Below are positions 4,705-5,690 of a stretch of 5,690 nt of DNA, one piece after another. Position numbers and translations under genes: made by a program. The stretch lies in IMG/VR virus record IMGVR_UViG_3300045988_000106, positions 1-5,690 of that record; one strand, given 5' to 3'. A model generated the notes under the pieces. That model was not told the DNA's origin, made no database searches, and worked only from the letters and a program-made list of their open reading frames with translations. The DNA comes from a virus. Position 1 is the stretch's first letter, and each line of letters begins with the position of its first letter.

Positions 4705-5570
4705 TTTAAATAATCACCTGGCTTTCGTTTTTCTCCGTAGCTTCCTGTTTTGTCCTGTGGCTTTATGCTTCTGCCTTGTTCTACACCTTTGCCTTTTTCT
4801 GTCTTTGCTGTTGCATCTTTAATGGCTTCGCTTGTGTCGTTTCCGACTTTGGTTAGTGTTTTCATCAGTCCGTAGGGTGTCATTTGCGTTGTGCTTAGCA
4901 TCTGCTGCCAGCTTTGTGCCGCGTTGTACCAGTCGCTTTTACTCCAGCTTGAACTAGAGTATGCGTTTGGTACGAATCCACCGCTTCGGCTTACGCCTAG
5001 TGCGCTGCTGCTTGCTAGTCCCATACTTGCTCCACTGATTGTTCCTGCACTTCCTCCCGGTGTGCTTGCGCCGCCGTTTGAGAATGCTAAGATAGGATTA
5101 AGTCCTGCCTTTTTCATATCCTCAACGGCTCTCTGGTATGCTGTGCTTGACATGTGCTCTTGCCATTCACGGTTTGCTAGTGCTTCTGCACTGTTGTAGT
5201 TCATTGCTACGCTGTTTTCAATGTGGTTGTATACGCCTTGCATGATTGCTTGTAAGGTGTTGTAACCCATCTGTTTTAACATGCTTTGACTGTTGTATTT
5301 ACCTTGCATGGCAGCCTCTTGCCCTTGGTATGCGTATGCTTGCTTTAGCCAGTCGTTTACCTGCTGAATGTTTGTGCCTGCTTGACTTCCACTTTCAGAG
5401 TGTCCGCCGCCTTGGCTTACGCTTCCACCTTGGCTTTGGCTGTTGCCTGTCTGACCCCATCCGCCTAAAGCTCCAGTGATATTTTTTGCTGCTCCTGCGA
5501 TTGTTCCGACCGTGTTTGCTACGTTTCCTGCTACGTTTAGTGCTGTTAAGAATCCTGATAATGCTCCCAT
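4701..5570 (-). CDS. VP2: Minor capsid / DNA pilot protein VP2 (phiX174 H-like), 289 aa
   Basis: It has a Gly/Ala/Ser-rich N-terminus and low-complexity GNSQSQGG region, followed by the conserved block SSTAYQRAVEDMKKAGLNPILAF typical of gokushovirus VP2. Its position between VP1 and VP4 is also typical. The ATG is at 5570. Confidence 0.85.
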   Translation of the reverse strand: MGALSGFLTALNVAGNVANTVGTIAGAAKNITGALGGWGQTGNSQSQGGSVSQGGGHSESGSQAGTNIQQVNDWLKQAYAYQGQEAAMQGKYNSQSMLKQMGYNTLQAIMQGVYNHIENSVAMNYNSAEALANREWQEHMSSTAYQRAVEDMKKAGLNPILAFSNGGASTPGGSAGTISGASMGLASSSALGVSRSGGFVPNAYSSSSWSKSDWYNAAQSWQQMLSTTQMTPYGLMKTLTKVGNDTSEAIKDATAKTEKGKGVEQGRSIKPQDKTGSYGEKRKPGDYLK

Positions 5571-5598
5571 TTAAAAATAGCCCGGATTTCTCCGGGCT
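5571..5598 (-). terminator. Rho-independent terminator after VP1
   Basis: The - strand reads AGCCCGGA-GAAA-TCCGGGCT, an 8-bp GC-rich stem (5598..5579) with a GNRA tetraloop. It is followed immediately by ATTTTTAA (5578..5571). It begins 11 nt after the VP1 TAA stop. Confidence 0.7.
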
Positions 5599-5608
5599 TC
5601 CTCCTTTC

Positions 5609-5690
5609 TTACAGTTTGTACAAGCCCGGTACACTGTACAACGGCATCCGTCTTGTGGTTTTGTTTGCTACCCTGATAGCTCCGAAAAAT
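5609..5690 (-). CDS. VP1: C-terminal end of major capsid protein VP1 (the continuation across the circular junction is 5635..5609; 5636..5690 duplicates nt 1..55)
   Basis: The same frame as feature 1..1641 reads ...FGAIRVANKTTRRMPLYSVPGLYKL*. MPxYSVPGL is the characteristic Microviridae capsid C-terminus. The TAA stop is at 5609..5611. Confidence 0.9.
   Translation of the reverse strand, partial: FFGAIRVANKTTRRMPLYSVPGLYKL
5636..5690. repeat. 55-nt terminal redundancy (identical to nt 1..55) marking a circular genome of 5,635 nt
   Basis: By direct comparison, GTACAACGGCATCCGTCTTGTGGTTTTGTTTGCTACCCTGATAGCTCCGAAAAAT is present at both window ends. Joining the ends restores an uninterrupted capsid ORF. 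Confidence 0.95.

Noticed and set aside
1913-5479. Remaining + strand ORFs (1913..2113, 2160..2426, 2258..2488, 2605..2808, 2714..2986, 3799..4002, 4891..5199, 5246..5479)
   Set aside because: All are antisense to RBS-supported - strand genes. They are hydrophobic/Cys-rich shadow translations without RBS or recognisable domains. Microviridae express genes from one strand only. A few are hydrophobic enough to resemble membrane peptides, but I see no start-site support.
5395-5634. - strand 79-aa extremely basic ORF (…RKRSKHGRNNRRSSKK…PRWKRKPRRRTL) overlapping the VP2 N-terminus
   Set aside because: Its basic character is attractive as a J-like protein. However, it starts at a GTG inside the VP1 C-terminus and reads straight through the terminator hairpin. 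Its K/R richness is what an alternative reading frame over the Gly/Ser/Ala/Asn codon-rich VP2 region would be expected to produce. A much better J-like candidate exists at 2285..2404.

Overview
The window holds one complete, circularly permuted genome of a gokushovirus-like Microviridae ssDNA phage, shown as the reverse complement of its coding strand. Nt 1-55 are identical to nt 5636-5690, so the unit length is 5,635 nt. All supportable genes are on the - strand. In viral order they are: major capsid VP1 (split by the window edge: 1641..1, continuing 5635..5609), an intrinsic terminator, VP2 pilot/minor capsid, VP4 rolling-circle Rep, a 515-nt non-coding region, then an accessory block (peptidase M15 cell-wall hydrolase, a 40-aa ORF, a 74-aa ORF), a 39-aa arginine/lysine-rich J/VP8-like DNA-binding peptide that is absent from the ORF track, a VP5-like small protein, VP3 scaffold, and back to VP1. 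Strong Shine-Dalgarno motifs (AGGAGG, AAGGAG, GGGAGG) precede most genes. The features most worth a second look are: (i) the non-coding region, which contains 11 same-orientation YTTTCAACA/TTTTCCACA repeats, two of them exact DnaA-box consensus; (ii) an almost pure alternating-GC 20-bp hairpin in the same region; (iii) an M15 peptidase with no visible holin or signal sequence; (iv) GTGA stop/start junctions that give GTG starts for the capsid and Rep genes; (v) an SD-hairpin-AUG arrangement in front of VP2. All + strand ORFs in the track appear to be antisense or repeat artefacts.
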